A stretch of 64,000 nucleotides of DNA from assembly GCA_963804995.1 (NCBI GenBank), contig CAWDSK010000006.1, forward strand, positions 224,001 through 288,000, in the 5' to 3' direction. Origin of the DNA: an uncultured Acidobacteriota bacterium (GTDB lineage Bacteria; Acidobacteriota; Terriglobia; UBA7540). How positions within the stretch are numbered: position 1 is the stretch's first letter; every line of letters starts with the position of its first letter. Positions 31,155 to 41,893 of the stretch are shown piece after piece. Below the pieces are notes generated by a model that was given only the letters and a program-made list of their open reading frames with translations, was not told where the DNA came from and did no database searches. The position numbers were made by a program, and so were the translations under genes.

Positions 31155-31335
31155 GCTGCCTTCCTCGTCCTCTCTCCTACACAGGCACTGCCCCAGTATG
31201 AATCACCCCAAGGCCCTGCGCTCCCCGCCCACTGCAACGGGAACAGGCAACCTAGCACCGAGCTTTCCTGGGCGTCAAGGTGAATTCCGCCTTCGCTCAC
31301 CCGTCCCGCTCCGGCAGATAGGAGGAATTTAACTT

Positions 31336-31361
31336 AACCTGGAGCGCCTTCGACCGATGAG
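31336..31361 (+). promoter_or_regulatory. Possible sigma-28-like promoter
   Basis: TTAAC...ACCGATGA upstream of the AGGAG RBS. Confidence 0.3.
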
Positions 31362-31379
31362 AGTAATCAGGAGATTCCT

Positions 31380-32420
31380 TTGCCCAACCGTCCCTGGAGG
31401 CCTACCGTCCCCCGCTCACTCACCACACAAATCCTCCTTTCGGTAGGAGTCGCTGCGGTGATTGTGTGGCGCGTTCCTTTTGGGAGCTTGCGGGCAGCTT
31501 TCCGTAACCTCCAGTATGGGAGCCTGCTGACGGCGATCGCTTGCTTTCTGGTCTTACTTTTCTTGCGCGCCTATAAGTGGCACCGCCTGATGGGCGCCGT
31601 CGGCACGGGACATCTCCGAAAATCGATGCGTTCCCTTTTCGGAGGTTTTGCCTTGGGATTGATAACGCCGGGGCGGTTGGGCGAATTGGGGCGCTGCGTC
31701 TTTGTCCGCGAGGAGGAGCGCGCCCAGGTGGCGCTGTTGACTCTGCTAGATCGGCTGCTGGATCTTTGGGCATTGCTCACGCTGGTGGGGGCCAGCCTGT
31801 TTTTCCTGGTACCTCACCCTGTTGCGATCTTCGGAGTCGCGGTGTGGCTGGCGCTGCTTCCCATGGTGATGAGCTTCCCCCGCCTCATCGGCCGTCTCTC
31901 TAAATTGGTGCGGAAGTCATGGCACTATCACGGGCATATGGCGGAAGCCGCAAAAGGGTTGCACGGTGTTCAGATTCCGGCTTTCGCGGTCCTGGCAGTG
32001 GTCGCCACGTGGACGGAATTGGCATCGTTCTTCTTCCTCCTCCGCGCCTTCTTTCCGGCGGAGTATACGACCGCAGTCGCAACGTATCCTTACATCGTCC
32101 TGGCCGGAGACTTACCCCTCTCCTTCAGCGGAGTCGGGGTGCGCGAGGGCGCCGCCGCTCTGCTGCTGTCGCCTTATGCTGTGCCCTCCGGCGCCGCGGT
32201 GGACGCCTCCTTGCTTTGGTTTGTCTTCGCCATCCTGCTGCCGGCTGCACTCGGCAGCATCTGGTTGCTCGTCGAAAAATCCCAGTCCCGGCTCCGCAAA
32301 GCTGACTCCCCGCCCGCTCACGCCGCCCCCGCACCGAAACACGAGTCCCTCCCCCACCACCCTGCTCTGGCCGCTAAAAGTGCCCAAGCGTCAACCCCCT
32401 CACAGGGACCCTTAGCGTAG
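31380..32420 (+). CDS. Lysylphosphatidylglycerol synthase TM-domain / flippase-like membrane protein
   Basis: LRAYKW, TPGRLGELGR, DRLLD, SGVGVRE. Confidence 0.85.
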   Translation: MPNRPWRPTVPRSLTTQILLSVGVAAVIVWRVPFGSLRAAFRNLQYGSLLTAIACFLVLLFLRAYKWHRLMGAVGTGHLRKSMRSLFGGFALGLITPGRLGELGRCVFVREEERAQVALLTLLDRLLDLWALLTLVGASLFFLVPHPVAIFGVAVWLALLPMVMSFPRLIGRLSKLVRKSWHYHGHMAEAAKGLHGVQIPAFAVLAVVATWTELASFFFLLRAFFPAEYTTAVATYPYIVLAGDLPLSFSGVGVREGAAALLLSPYAVPSGAAVDASLLWFVFAILLPAALGSIWLLVEKSQSRLRKADSPPAHAAPAPKHESLPHHPALAAKSAQASTPSQGPLA

Positions 32421-33139
32421 ATTTTAACTGTCCCACTGGGCCACATCCTGTCGGCCCTGACACTCCTGAGGGCGCGCTGCCACGCTTTCAGACAATTGGA
32501 CGGCCCTCATTTGCAATTTGGGCTACCGGTAGCCCATCTGCATATATCTTTCTTGACAATGGCCGGATCCCTGCTAGCCTATTAAATGGAGAATTGTGTC
32601 GTGGTGAAGATGAGCACCCTGGGGGCACCCGAGACGCGCTGCGGAAATCGCACCTGTCAATCCCGACGCGGGGCTAATGCAAATGATGGAAGATTCCAGC
32701 CTGCGCCAATTGTGGCGGCTCACGAAAAGGCTGACCAAAGTCAGAAACGGGACCCTCTGACTCGTAGAGATGTTAAAAATGAAGGAACCTCCGGGGATGT
32801 GTATGAAAACAAAGGAGAGTGTGACAATTTGTCAGGCTATTGTTCGAGCTTTTTGCAGAAAATTCCGAAATTTTGTGACAATGGACGGCATTCGATCAGA
32901 GTTTTTCGCAGAGAATACACGAATTGCGCCATAAATCGGGGCGAAGTTGCACCGACCTTCAGATCCCACCGCGAAGGGTTGGCAGATGCTGAACTAAATC
33001 GCCTCTTGGTGAAGGATAGTGTCTTGGAAGAAACATCGCTTACTCTTGACCTTCCATGAGAAAATCTCCATCTGAAGAATGGGTCTCTGAAAAACAAGAC
33101 TCTACCCGCTGTTGTCACGCGCCTTAGGGGCTGGACACC

Positions 33140-36082
33140 TTGAAGTTGTATTTCTTTCCATTGGCCATGCTCATGGCCGCTTCTCCCCTGCTGGGGCAGA
33201 CAGCGGCGCTGCATGGCGTAGTTACTGACCAAAGTGGGGCAGTCGTTCCCGGCGCAACGATTACTCTTTCAGGACCCGCGGGCGCAGCGCGAACCACCAA
33301 ATCCACAAGAGACGGAACCTACTCGTTTTCGGGACTCGATGCGGGGGACTATACCGTCCAAGCGTCCGCACCCAGCCTGGCGCTTCCGGAACCGGCAAAG
33401 ATTTCGCTGAAATCCGGGGTACAGACGCTGAACCTGCAAATGAATGTCGTGCTGGCTTCTCAGCAGGTGGAGGTAAAAAGCACGGAAGGGCCCGCGGTCA
33501 GCACGAGTGCGGCAAGCAACGCCAGCGCCCTGGTGCTTCGGGGCAATGACCTGGAGTCGCTCGCCGACGATCCGGAAGACCTGCAGGCGGATCTTCAAGC
33601 GCTCGCCGGACCTTCGGCAGGCCCCAATGGCGGCGCCATTTACATCGATGGCTTCAGCGGCGGTGAACTGCCTTCCAAGGACGCGATTCGCGAGATTCGG
33701 ATTAATCAAAACCCCTTTTCGCCTGATTATGACAAGCTCGGCTACGGCCGGATTGAAATCTTCACCAAGCCGGGGGCAGACCGGTTCCACGGCACGGGCT
33801 ATTACAATTTCGGCGACAGTTTCTGGAACTCGCGCAACCCCTACGCTGCCGAGAAGGCACCCTTCCTGCTGAAAGAATATGGAGCCAGCCTGTCCGGACC
33901 CTTGAACCAGAGGACCTCATTTTTCCTGACCGCCGATCGCGCGGCCATTGATAACGGCGCGATCATTAACGGGGCAACGCTCGATCCCGTGACGCTCGAC
34001 ATCATTGATCCCTACACACAGGTGTTCCGGATTCCGCAACGCCGCCTCACGCTGAGCCCCCGCATCGACAGCCAATTGAGTGATAAGGACACGCTCTCCG
34101 TGCGCTACCGCTTTGCCACGGCCGATATCGAGCACGCCGGCGTGGGTGGATTTAATCTGGTCTCCACGGGTCTCCACAACCACAGTGACAGTCACACCGT
34201 GCAGATCGCCAATACGGTCGTGTTCAGCGCGAATGCCATCAACGAAACCCGCTTTCAGGTCTACCACGTCAATCTGTCGGGCGCGGCCGACCAGGCGCCT
34301 CCCACCATCGAGGTGCTGGGCGCCTTTACCGGCGGCAGAGCGCAGGCCGGGAATTCGCTCAACCTTGAAAACGACTACGAACTGCAGAACTACACTTCCC
34401 TTCTCCGCCGCTCCCACAGCATGCGATGGGGCGTCCGTTTACGGGCGGGATTCCTCAACAACACTTCGCCGGCAAACTTCGGAGGCACCTTTATCTTCTC
34501 CGGCGGCCTGGCGCCCGAATTGGATGCCAGCAATCAGCCTGTGCTTGGGCCCGGGGGGCAACCTGTAACCACGAACATCACTTCCATTGAAGCCTATCGC
34601 CGTACTCTGCTCTTCGGGCAGATGGGTCTTAAGCCCGCGCAAATCCGGGCACTGGGAGGGGGCGCTTTGCAATTCGCCATCGCCGCCGGAATGCCGTCAC
34701 TCTCCGTGCATCAATGGGACGTCGGAGCCTTTGCCGGAGACGATTGGCGCGCCCGGCGTAATCTGACTCTCAGTTACGGCTTGCGCTACGAAGCCCAAAC
34801 CAACCTCGGTGACTGGCGGGACCTCGCCCCACGCATTGGTGTGGCCTGGGCCCCGGGAAAGCAAAAGTCCGCCCCCAAAAACGTAATCCGCGGCGGGTTC
34901 GGAATCTTTTGCGACCGCTTCGATGTAACCAATACGCTTGCCGCTGAGCGTTACAACGGCGTCGTGCAACAGCAGTACGTCATCACCAACCCGGACTTCT
35001 ACCCCATGATTCCTCCCCTGGCCTCGTTGAACGCCTATGCAGGCCAACAGGTCATCGAACGGGTCAGCCCTGCCTTGCGGGCGCCTTATCTCATCCAATC
35101 CGCCGTGGCCTTCGAGAGACAATTGCCGGCCCACACGACGGTGGCGGTTACGTTCGCGGATAGCCACGGGCTGCACCAATTGCGATCCCAGGACATCAAC
35201 GCCCCGTTGCCGGGCACCTACGACCCGCAGGTCCCCGGGAGCGGTGTGTTTCCTCTGGGAAATCCGAATCTCGTGTTTCAGATGGAATCAGCAGGCCTTT
35301 ATAATCAGACGCAGTTGATTACCAACTTCAACTCCCAAGCCAGCAAAAATCTCTCCCTGTTCGGCTCCTATCTTTACAACCATGCCAACAGCAATACGGA
35401 CGGGCTCAGCACTTTCCCGGCGAATCCTTACAGCATGGCGGGGGAATATGGGCCCGCCGCGACGGATATTCGTCATCAGGCAACTTTCGGCGGGTCCATC
35501 AGCACGCGCTGGGGCTTTCGCTTGAATCCGCTGCTGATCGCCAACACCGGGGCGCCCTTTGGAATCACTGTGGGCCAGGATTTGTATGGCGACACACTCT
35601 TTAATGGCAGGCCCGGTCTGGCCGTGGATCCAAGTAAGCCCGGGCTGATTCAAACAAACTATGGCCTCCTCGATCCTAACCCGACAGCCGGTGAAAGAAT
35701 CCTGCCCCGCAACTATGGCCGCGGACCGGGCATCATTCTTTTCAATCTACGCGTTTCAAAGGTGTTCGCGTTCGGCCCTGCCCGCGAAGGAGGCGGGGGA
35801 ACTTCGGGAGGCTATGGGCGGCGGGGCGCGAGTGGTCCCTTCGACCTGGGAGGGCCGCGCGGCGATTCATCCTCCTCAGGCCACCGTTACAACCTGAGCA
35901 TCTCGATGGCGATCCGCAATGTGCTGAATCGAAATAATCCCGGGCCCATCATTGGCGATATCGAGTCGCCTCGATTCGGGCAGGCTAATCAACCCTATGG
36001 CGTCGGCACCCTGGGCGGCACCGGATTTTCCGAGTCGGCAGATAACCGGAGGCTGGAGCTGCAAACCCGGTTTACGTTTTAG
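33140..36082 (+). CDS. TonB-dependent receptor with carboxypeptidase-regulatory N-domain
   Basis: GVVTDQSGAVVPGA, IYIDGF, GLRYE, C-terminal RFTF. Confidence 0.9.
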   Translation: MKLYFFPLAMLMAASPLLGQTAALHGVVTDQSGAVVPGATITLSGPAGAARTTKSTRDGTYSFSGLDAGDYTVQASAPSLALPEPAKISLKSGVQTLNLQMNVVLASQQVEVKSTEGPAVSTSAASNASALVLRGNDLESLADDPEDLQADLQALAGPSAGPNGGAIYIDGFSGGELPSKDAIREIRINQNPFSPDYDKLGYGRIEIFTKPGADRFHGTGYYNFGDSFWNSRNPYAAEKAPFLLKEYGASLSGPLNQRTSFFLTADRAAIDNGAIINGATLDPVTLDIIDPYTQVFRIPQRRLTLSPRIDSQLSDKDTLSVRYRFATADIEHAGVGGFNLVSTGLHNHSDSHTVQIANTVVFSANAINETRFQVYHVNLSGAADQAPPTIEVLGAFTGGRAQAGNSLNLENDYELQNYTSLLRRSHSMRWGVRLRAGFLNNTSPANFGGTFIFSGGLAPELDASNQPVLGPGGQPVTTNITSIEAYRRTLLFGQMGLKPAQIRALGGGALQFAIAAGMPSLSVHQWDVGAFAGDDWRARRNLTLSYGLRYEAQTNLGDWRDLAPRIGVAWAPGKQKSAPKNVIRGGFGIFCDRFDVTNTLAAERYNGVVQQQYVITNPDFYPMIPPLASLNAYAGQQVIERVSPALRAPYLIQSAVAFERQLPAHTTVAVTFADSHGLHQLRSQDINAPLPGTYDPQVPGSGVFPLGNPNLVFQMESAGLYNQTQLITNFNSQASKNLSLFGSYLYNHANSNTDGLSTFPANPYSMAGEYGPAATDIRHQATFGGSISTRWGFRLNPLLIANTGAPFGITVGQDLYGDTLFNGRPGLAVDPSKPGLIQTNYGLLDPNPTAGERILPRNYGRGPGIILFNLRVSKVFAFGPAREGGGGTSGGYGRRGASGPFDLGGPRGDSSSSGHRYNLSISMAIRNVLNRNNPGPIIGDIESPRFGQANQPYGVGTLGGTGFSESADNRRLELQTRFTF

Positions 36083-36161
36083 CGCTGTGGGCATAGGCAA
36101 AGCTTCGGAGGACCTAGCGGGGATTCTTGAAACCCATGGCGAGAAATTTGGGCAGGTCGCT

Positions 36162-36500
36162 TTAGAAACCGCGCAGTTCCTCTTCATTGAGGCCGAAGTA
36201 GTGCCCCACTTCATGCAGCAGGGTCTCGCGGATCATCCGGCGCACGGCGGCATCGCCTCTCGAAATGGCCTCGATGTTTCGCTGGTACAGAAAAATATGG
36301 TCGGGCGGGCTGGAATAGAAGACGCTCTTCTGGGTGCGTGGAATGCCGTGAAAGAGCCCCAACAACAATCCCTGGTTCTCTATGCCGGCCGGCGGGAGGT
36401 CTTCCACAATGATGGCTACGTTGGTGAGCCGCTCACGAAAAGGCGCAGGCAGGTCGTCCAGAGCTTGCGCCACAAGAGCCTCAAACTTATCTCGCTCCAT
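36162..36500 (-). CDS. Zincin-like metallopeptidase family protein
   Basis: MERDKFEALV, LLGLFHG, TLLHEVGHYFG. Confidence 0.88.
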   Translation of the reverse strand: MERDKFEALVAQALDDLPAPFRERLTNVAIIVEDLPPAGIENQGLLLGLFHGIPRTQKSVFYSSPPDHIFLYQRNIEAISRGDAAVRRMIRETLLHEVGHYFGLNEEELRGF

Positions 36501-36543
36501 CGTGTTATGGATTGTAACCTCAAAGTGACTTGGCCCCAACTGC

Positions 36544-36790
36544 GGAGTGACCGTGACGCACCGGTGGAGCCACCGAGGAGTGACCATGGAGAGAGTGTGT
36601 GGAGTGGCCGTGTGCAGCAACCATGGAGTAACGATGTGGAGTGGCGGTGGAGCGACTGTGCAAAGCGGCCGTGGAGTAACCATGGAGTGAGCGTGCGGAG
36701 TGACTGGGTGCAGCCACCATGGAATAACCGTGTGGAGTGGCGGTGAGCGACTGCGCAAAGCGCCAGTGGGGCCACCGTGGATCAACCGGG
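36544..36790. repeat. Degenerate 11-13-nt tandem repeat (GGAGTRRCCRT-like)
   Basis: More than a dozen GGAG/GGAA/GCAG-centred units. Confidence 0.75.
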
Positions 36791-36834
36791 GAACGACCCA
36801 GGGCGGACCGGGTGAGTCAGGTTAAGGAAGAACC

Positions 36835-38005
36835 GCTCTCCCCTGGCCCGGGCGCCCACACTCCCCCGTATCGGTTATCGGCGGTGTTAGGTGAGAGGAT
36901 GAATCAGATGCCGACTTCCAAAATCACCAATCAGCCGATCGCCCGATGGACAGATGGCCCGATTCGAGAAGCAGTGACGAGTGACGTGAGACCCGCGACG
37001 GCGGGCCAAATGAGGAAGGATTAGGATTGAGTTACGAACCCACAACCCGAGCTCCGACCGTGACACTCCCGCACATCGGTTATCGGCGGTCTCAGATGAG
37101 AAGATGAATCAGATTCCGAATAGGGAAACCGGGTCAAGCGGAAGTTTATGCGTAAACAGTGGACCCTTGGAAGAAAGGGTGAAAGCTCCTGCGACGATCC
37201 ACCATCTGGGAGACGTAGACTCAACAACGATAGACTCTCCCCTGGCCCGGGCGCCCACACTTCCCCGTATCGGTTATCGGCGGCGTCAGGTGAGAAGATG
37301 AACCAAATGCCAAATGCGAAGAATCGGGCCAAGCGGAATTTTGTGTGTAGACAGTGGACCACTGGAAGAGGTTGTGAAAGCTCCTACGATGCTCAGTCGT
37401 TTGGCAGACGTAAACTCAACAGCGACACGCTCTCCCCCGACCCGGTCGCCCACACTTCCCCGTATCGGTTATCGGCGGTGTTAGGTGAAAGGATGAATCA
37501 GATACCGCATGCGAAAAACCGGCCCAAGCCGAATCCTGTGTGTAAACAGCGGAGCACTGGAAGAGAGGTTGAAAGCGCCTGCGATGCTGCATCGTCTGGG
37601 AAACGTAAGCTCTCCAGCTACACGCTCACCCCCAGCCCGGCCGCCCACACTTCCCCGTATCGGTTATCGGCAGTGTCAGGTGAGGGGATGAATCAGATAC
37701 CGACTTTGGAAATTACAAATCGCAATTCGCGAATCCGCCAATCACCCGATCATCCGATCACCCGATTCCCAGCCCCCACCGTGACACACTCCCCCTTATC
37801 GGTTATCGGCATTGTCAGGTGAGGGGATGAATCAGATTCCGACTTTGAAAATCACAAATTACAAATCGCAATTCAAATCCGCCAATCACCCGATGACTCC
37901 GTGCCACGAGGCTGTCGCGATGACAACTAACCCGACCGACCTGGCCCGGGCCGTGACACACTTCCCCGTATCGGTTATCGGTGGGTTGGCACCCGAACAT
38001 GAGCC
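36835..38005 (-). repeat. Array of seven ~55-bp conserved repeats containing (G/A)CCGATAA
   Basis: TTATCGG(C/T) at 36875, 37080, 37274, 37469, 37664, 37803 and 37975, each within a CACACTYCCCSTATCGGTTATCGG-like core. Confidence 0.9.
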
Positions 38006-38108
38006 CACAAATCGGTCGGCGATCTTGGCAATCACCGGATCGCAAGATCACTGAATGGCTCAATCATCCGATGCCCCGATCACCGAATGCCGCAATGCGG
38101 TCGCGCGC

Positions 38109-39137
38109 TCAGTTTTCTCCCAGCGGGTTGGGAAACGGGAGCAGGGATTCGACCGGGACGAAGGCGGGGCGGGTTTGGGGCGAGCGCCAGTTATCGAGCA
38201 GAGCGATTTGCTGCACGCAGGAGACAGTGCAATGCGGCGCGCAAGACTTCTGGGTATGGTACTCGTGGGCAAGGTGGTCCCGCGTGTATTTCTCGAGCGG
38301 AATCGCCGGGAAGCCCCGCTGCTGGGAGCAATAGTGCACCAAGCCGTCTTCGCAGATGTAAAGGTAGCGGCTGCCGGCGCGGCATCGCCAATCGTTGGTG
38401 ATACCTTCAGAGATGTTCTTTTGAAACTCGTTGAAGCGCGCGTAGGAGCGCTTGCCCATCTGCATGATTTGTCGGAAGAGATCCTGCTGATGCGCGCCGA
38501 GCGGTTGGAGCTGGCCGTCATGATCGTGCAGGATGCCCACTGTGCTTGTGAAGCCAAGTTCGAGGGCCCGGCGCGCCACAGTGAGCGCGTCGTCCGGGTT
38601 CCGCACGGGGCTACCAAGTACGGAGTTGATGTTCACCTGGAAGATCGCATAGCGCGCCAGCATTTGCAGCTTGCGGTCGAGCACCTTCAGGCTTTTCTTC
38701 GAGACCTCGTCAGGCTGCACGTTGTCGATGGAAATCTGCAGGTGGTCGAGCCCGGAGCGGTTCAAGCGCTCGATGCGTTGCGGAGTCAGCAGATACCCAT
38801 TGGTGATCAGGCCGGCCAGGATTCCGTGGCGGCGAATGCGCCGGATGATTTCTTCGAGCTCGGGATGCAGCAGCGGCTCGCCTCCGCTGATGGTGATGAT
38901 GGTGGTGGCAAGCCTGGCCAGGCGATCGACGCGGCCGAACATCACTTCGAGCGGCACCGGCTTTGAGGAGGTGTCGAACTCATTGCAATAGGCACAGGAA
39001 AGATTGCAGCGGCGAATGGGAATCAGATGCGCCAGAACCGGATGGCGCTTTGATACAAGTCCCTTCGCAATCATGCGCCATTCGCGCACGCGGGTGTTCC
39101 AGAAACGGAGTTGTCGCCGCAAGGCAAGTCGGTTCAT
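38109..39137 (-). CDS. Radical SAM protein
   Basis: [27 protein letters not shown]/twitch-like Cys tail. Confidence 0.92.
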   Translation of the reverse strand: MNRLALRRQLRFWNTRVREWRMIAKGLVSKRHPVLAHLIPIRRCNLSCAYCNEFDTSSKPVPLEVMFGRVDRLARLATTIITISGGEPLLHPELEEIIRRIRRHGILAGLITNGYLLTPQRIERLNRSGLDHLQISIDNVQPDEVSKKSLKVLDRKLQMLARYAIFQVNINSVLGSPVRNPDDALTVARRALELGFTSTVGILHDHDGQLQPLGAHQQDLFRQIMQMGKRSYARFNEFQKNISEGITNDWRCRAGSRYLYICEDGLVHYCSQQRGFPAIPLEKYTRDHLAHEYHTQKSCAPHCTVSCVQQIALLDNWRSPQTRPAFVPVESLLPFPNPLGEN

Positions 39138-39666
39138 GGAGTGATCTTCGTGCTCAGAAGTTAGGAGTCAGGAGATAGGAGTCAGAATTCATTTTAGAGG
39201 ATGAATCCGGCATTTCCCTTTGTCCTCTTTCCTGATTCTCCGACTTCGGAAATTGGGCTCGGAGGGTTCTTGCTGTTCCCTCTCCCCAAGTCTTCGGTCG
39301 GCTGACTCTCACTTCCAAACTCTGGTCCTTCCGTTTACAAGCCTGTCGTAGCTTGCTGAACCCAATATTTGGGGGCAGCTCTAAGCTGACAGAAGCAAGG
39401 GGGTTAAGATTAAACGAGGGCAACGAAACTGACAATGCGCAAGGCTTAAACGGTATAAAATCATGCTTGAACTGCGTATTCTGGCAGCTCAGTGCTGAAT
39501 GACCACGCCCTGCACGGTCATCGATCGAATGGTCTAATCAAGAATCTGCGGAAAGCGCTGCCCCGCAAAGAAGCTGGCGGTTGCATCAGCTCGCGTGCTT
39601 TCATTTCGCATACCTTTTCGAAAAATCACCCATTGTTATTGTCACCACATTCCGTTATAATGATTT

Positions 39667-39743
<77 letters not shown>

Positions 39744-40812
39744 AAGCTCGATGAAGCGCAGCACCCCCTAACATCTCATCATTGTTTCACTTCCGCGGTT
39801 GTTCGCTTCGCCATCCAAATCAGTTTGCAAATGCCGCGTTTTTGTTCGGATGCTCCAAAATTAAGAACAAATTTCGAAAGAGCACTCTCCGTTACGCTTT
39901 TGGCACCGTATTTCACCAGCGTTTTCAACGGGTCACACTTGGCCGAAGTTGGTCGTTGGGTGCACAGCCCAAAGGTTCCCACGCCGGCCAAATCAACTAT
40001 CCGCAACACGTTCAGAGAGTTGAAGGCGAACGATGTCGGTGGGCAAATTTAGTTCGTTGGGTCCAGTGCCCAACGACCGCGGGGAACTATTGGTTCAGCA
40101 GGATATTGACTTAGGGACGAATGTGGCGAGTCCCGTGCTAAACGTGGCTCAAGAGGCATTTGAAGCTAATGCTCACAACGAACGGACGCCCTCCCGGCGC
40201 GGTCTGCTGTCCAAGTGCGACACGGCACCATTCGATGTGGAGATTGATCTAAAGCGCCGAAATAAATTCAAAACTTCCCGACCAGTTTTCAATCAAGGAT
40301 GTCCTCCCATGCGAGGATCGCAGGAAGCCATCGTTAAGGAGTTAGGCTGTATATTGGCGCTGCCTAGATGATCCCCCTATTTGCTGATCGCTTTGGGTGC
40401 GACTGACTTCCCCCTCAGTAGCACCCTTTCAAAACCCCTATAAATCGTGATCTCCGCCACACACGTGTGCGGATTGTGTGCCTACTCTCGGACTGGAGGT
40501 GTCTTCTGGTCCGAGAAGTTGGGCAACTTATGGGCTCGAACCAGCGGCCTGGGTGCATTCACTGATGATGGGGCGGTAGGTGTCCGATCCATTTTCAAAC
40601 CGGAGGTGACGGCCTCCCCGGGAGGGGCTTCCCAACGCCGAAACCAGTTGGGCGACACGCGCCAGGAACAGCGCGCCCATCACGCGTGGTTCCCCCACTT
40701 GTCGCGCCGTGACGCTCCTTCGAGCCGGTCCAATCTAACGTCTGCTGGTTTGCGAGATCGATAACTTTGGTGTATTTTATTAAAGGTAATCTCAAGAAAG
40801 AAGAAGGAGCAT

Positions 40813-41073
40813 ATGACGATCACTTTGCCGCTGGAGCCGCAGAAAGAGGCCAAGCTTATTGCCGTCGCGGAGGCAAAGGGCATGACGGCTGATGAGTTGG
40901 TGAGCCAAACGATCGACAGAATCATAGCCGAGGCACCCGAGGCGAGTGCCCACAAGGAACCGACGATTTCCCTGCGTGGCCTGCTTGCCAGGTACGGCGC
41001 CGCGCCGTCGGCCGAGGAGATAGATCAAAACCGCGCAGACATGTTTCGAAACTTCCCGCGGTCCGATTTCTAA
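40813..41073 (+). CDS. Putative antitoxin
   Basis: MTITLPLEP..SLRGLL..PSAEEID; coupled to the PIN gene. Confidence 0.75.
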   Translation: MTITLPLEPQKEAKLIAVAEAKGMTADELVSQTIDRIIAEAPEASAHKEPTISLRGLLARYGAAPSAEEIDQNRADMFRNFPRSDF

Positions 41074-41474
41074 TGATCGTCGCCATAGCAGACACTCACA
41101 CGACAATCTGGTACCTTTACTCCGATTCGCGCCTGGGGAAAGGCGCGTCCGATTTTATAGACAGTGCCATTGCCAAGGGTGATCATATCGGTGTCTCCGC
41201 CATTAGCATTGCCGAAATGATCTACCTAGTGGAGAAGGGGCGAATTCCAGCCAGCGCACTGAGGGACCTTCATGACGCAACCGCCAATCCAAAGGCTGTT
41301 CTACGATACGTTCCGCTCAACGAGCACGTCGCCATGAAAATGACGGAAATTCCTCGCCAGAACCTCCCGGACCTTCCGGACCGGGCAATCGCCGCAACAG
41401 CACTGGTCTACAGCATACCTGTATTGAGCCGGGACAAACGAATTCGCTCATCAGATATCAAAACCATCTGGTAG
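41073..41474 (+). CDS. vapC: VapC PIN toxin
   Basis: ADTHTTIW, SAISIAE, DLPDRAIAATA, SRD. Confidence 0.88.
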   Translation: MIVAIADTHTTIWYLYSDSRLGKGASDFIDSAIAKGDHIGVSAISIAEMIYLVEKGRIPASALRDLHDATANPKAVLRYVPLNEHVAMKMTEIPRQNLPDLPDRAIAATALVYSIPVLSRDKRIRSSDIKTIW

Positions 41475-41893
41475 TCAGAGGTAACCTCCCACGCGAATGT
41501 TTCTTCAAAACCCATATCAGTCCTGATCTCGGCCACTCGTGTCTGTGCACCGGATCGCGTGCCTCCTTCCGGGATGAAGGTTTGATGGGACCGGTTGGGA
41601 CGTTCGAGCTTACCAGCTTGGGCCCGGTCATGGATGTGATTCGGGCTGTGTGTGTTCATACCCTCCTGCCAGCCCTGTACAAACTCGCCACCCCCTTGTT
41701 GAAGCAGCGTCATCACATCGACATTGTCGAAGAAGCCGACGCGTGTGTTCAGTACAACGTGTAATCCGTTACAAGACGAGTGGTGGGTCCCGGTGAGTGC
41801 ATCACTTGCCGCCACTTCAAAACCTCATCAACTGATGATCAGCACTGCGCACGCGTGCGCCCAGTGTGGTCGCCTCCGGGCAGGAGGTGTGTT

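Noticed and set aside
32586..33059. 157-aa ORF
   Set aside because: Looks like a translated intergenic repeat region including a degenerate REP-like part; no domain recognised
36544..36790. TIGR-type guide array
   Set aside because: No regular dual-repeat period and no adjacent Nop-domain gene
37148..37822. 224-aa repeat protein ORF
   Set aside because: Arises from the 195-bp period; the frame is broken in a neighbouring unit and there is no clear RBS
36835..38005. CRISPR array
   Set aside because: Period is 139-205 bp, the intervening sequences are partly homologous to each other, and no cas genes are present
39780..40371. Lower-GC short ORFs after tRNA-Met
   Set aside because: Probably foreign gene debris, but no family could be recognised
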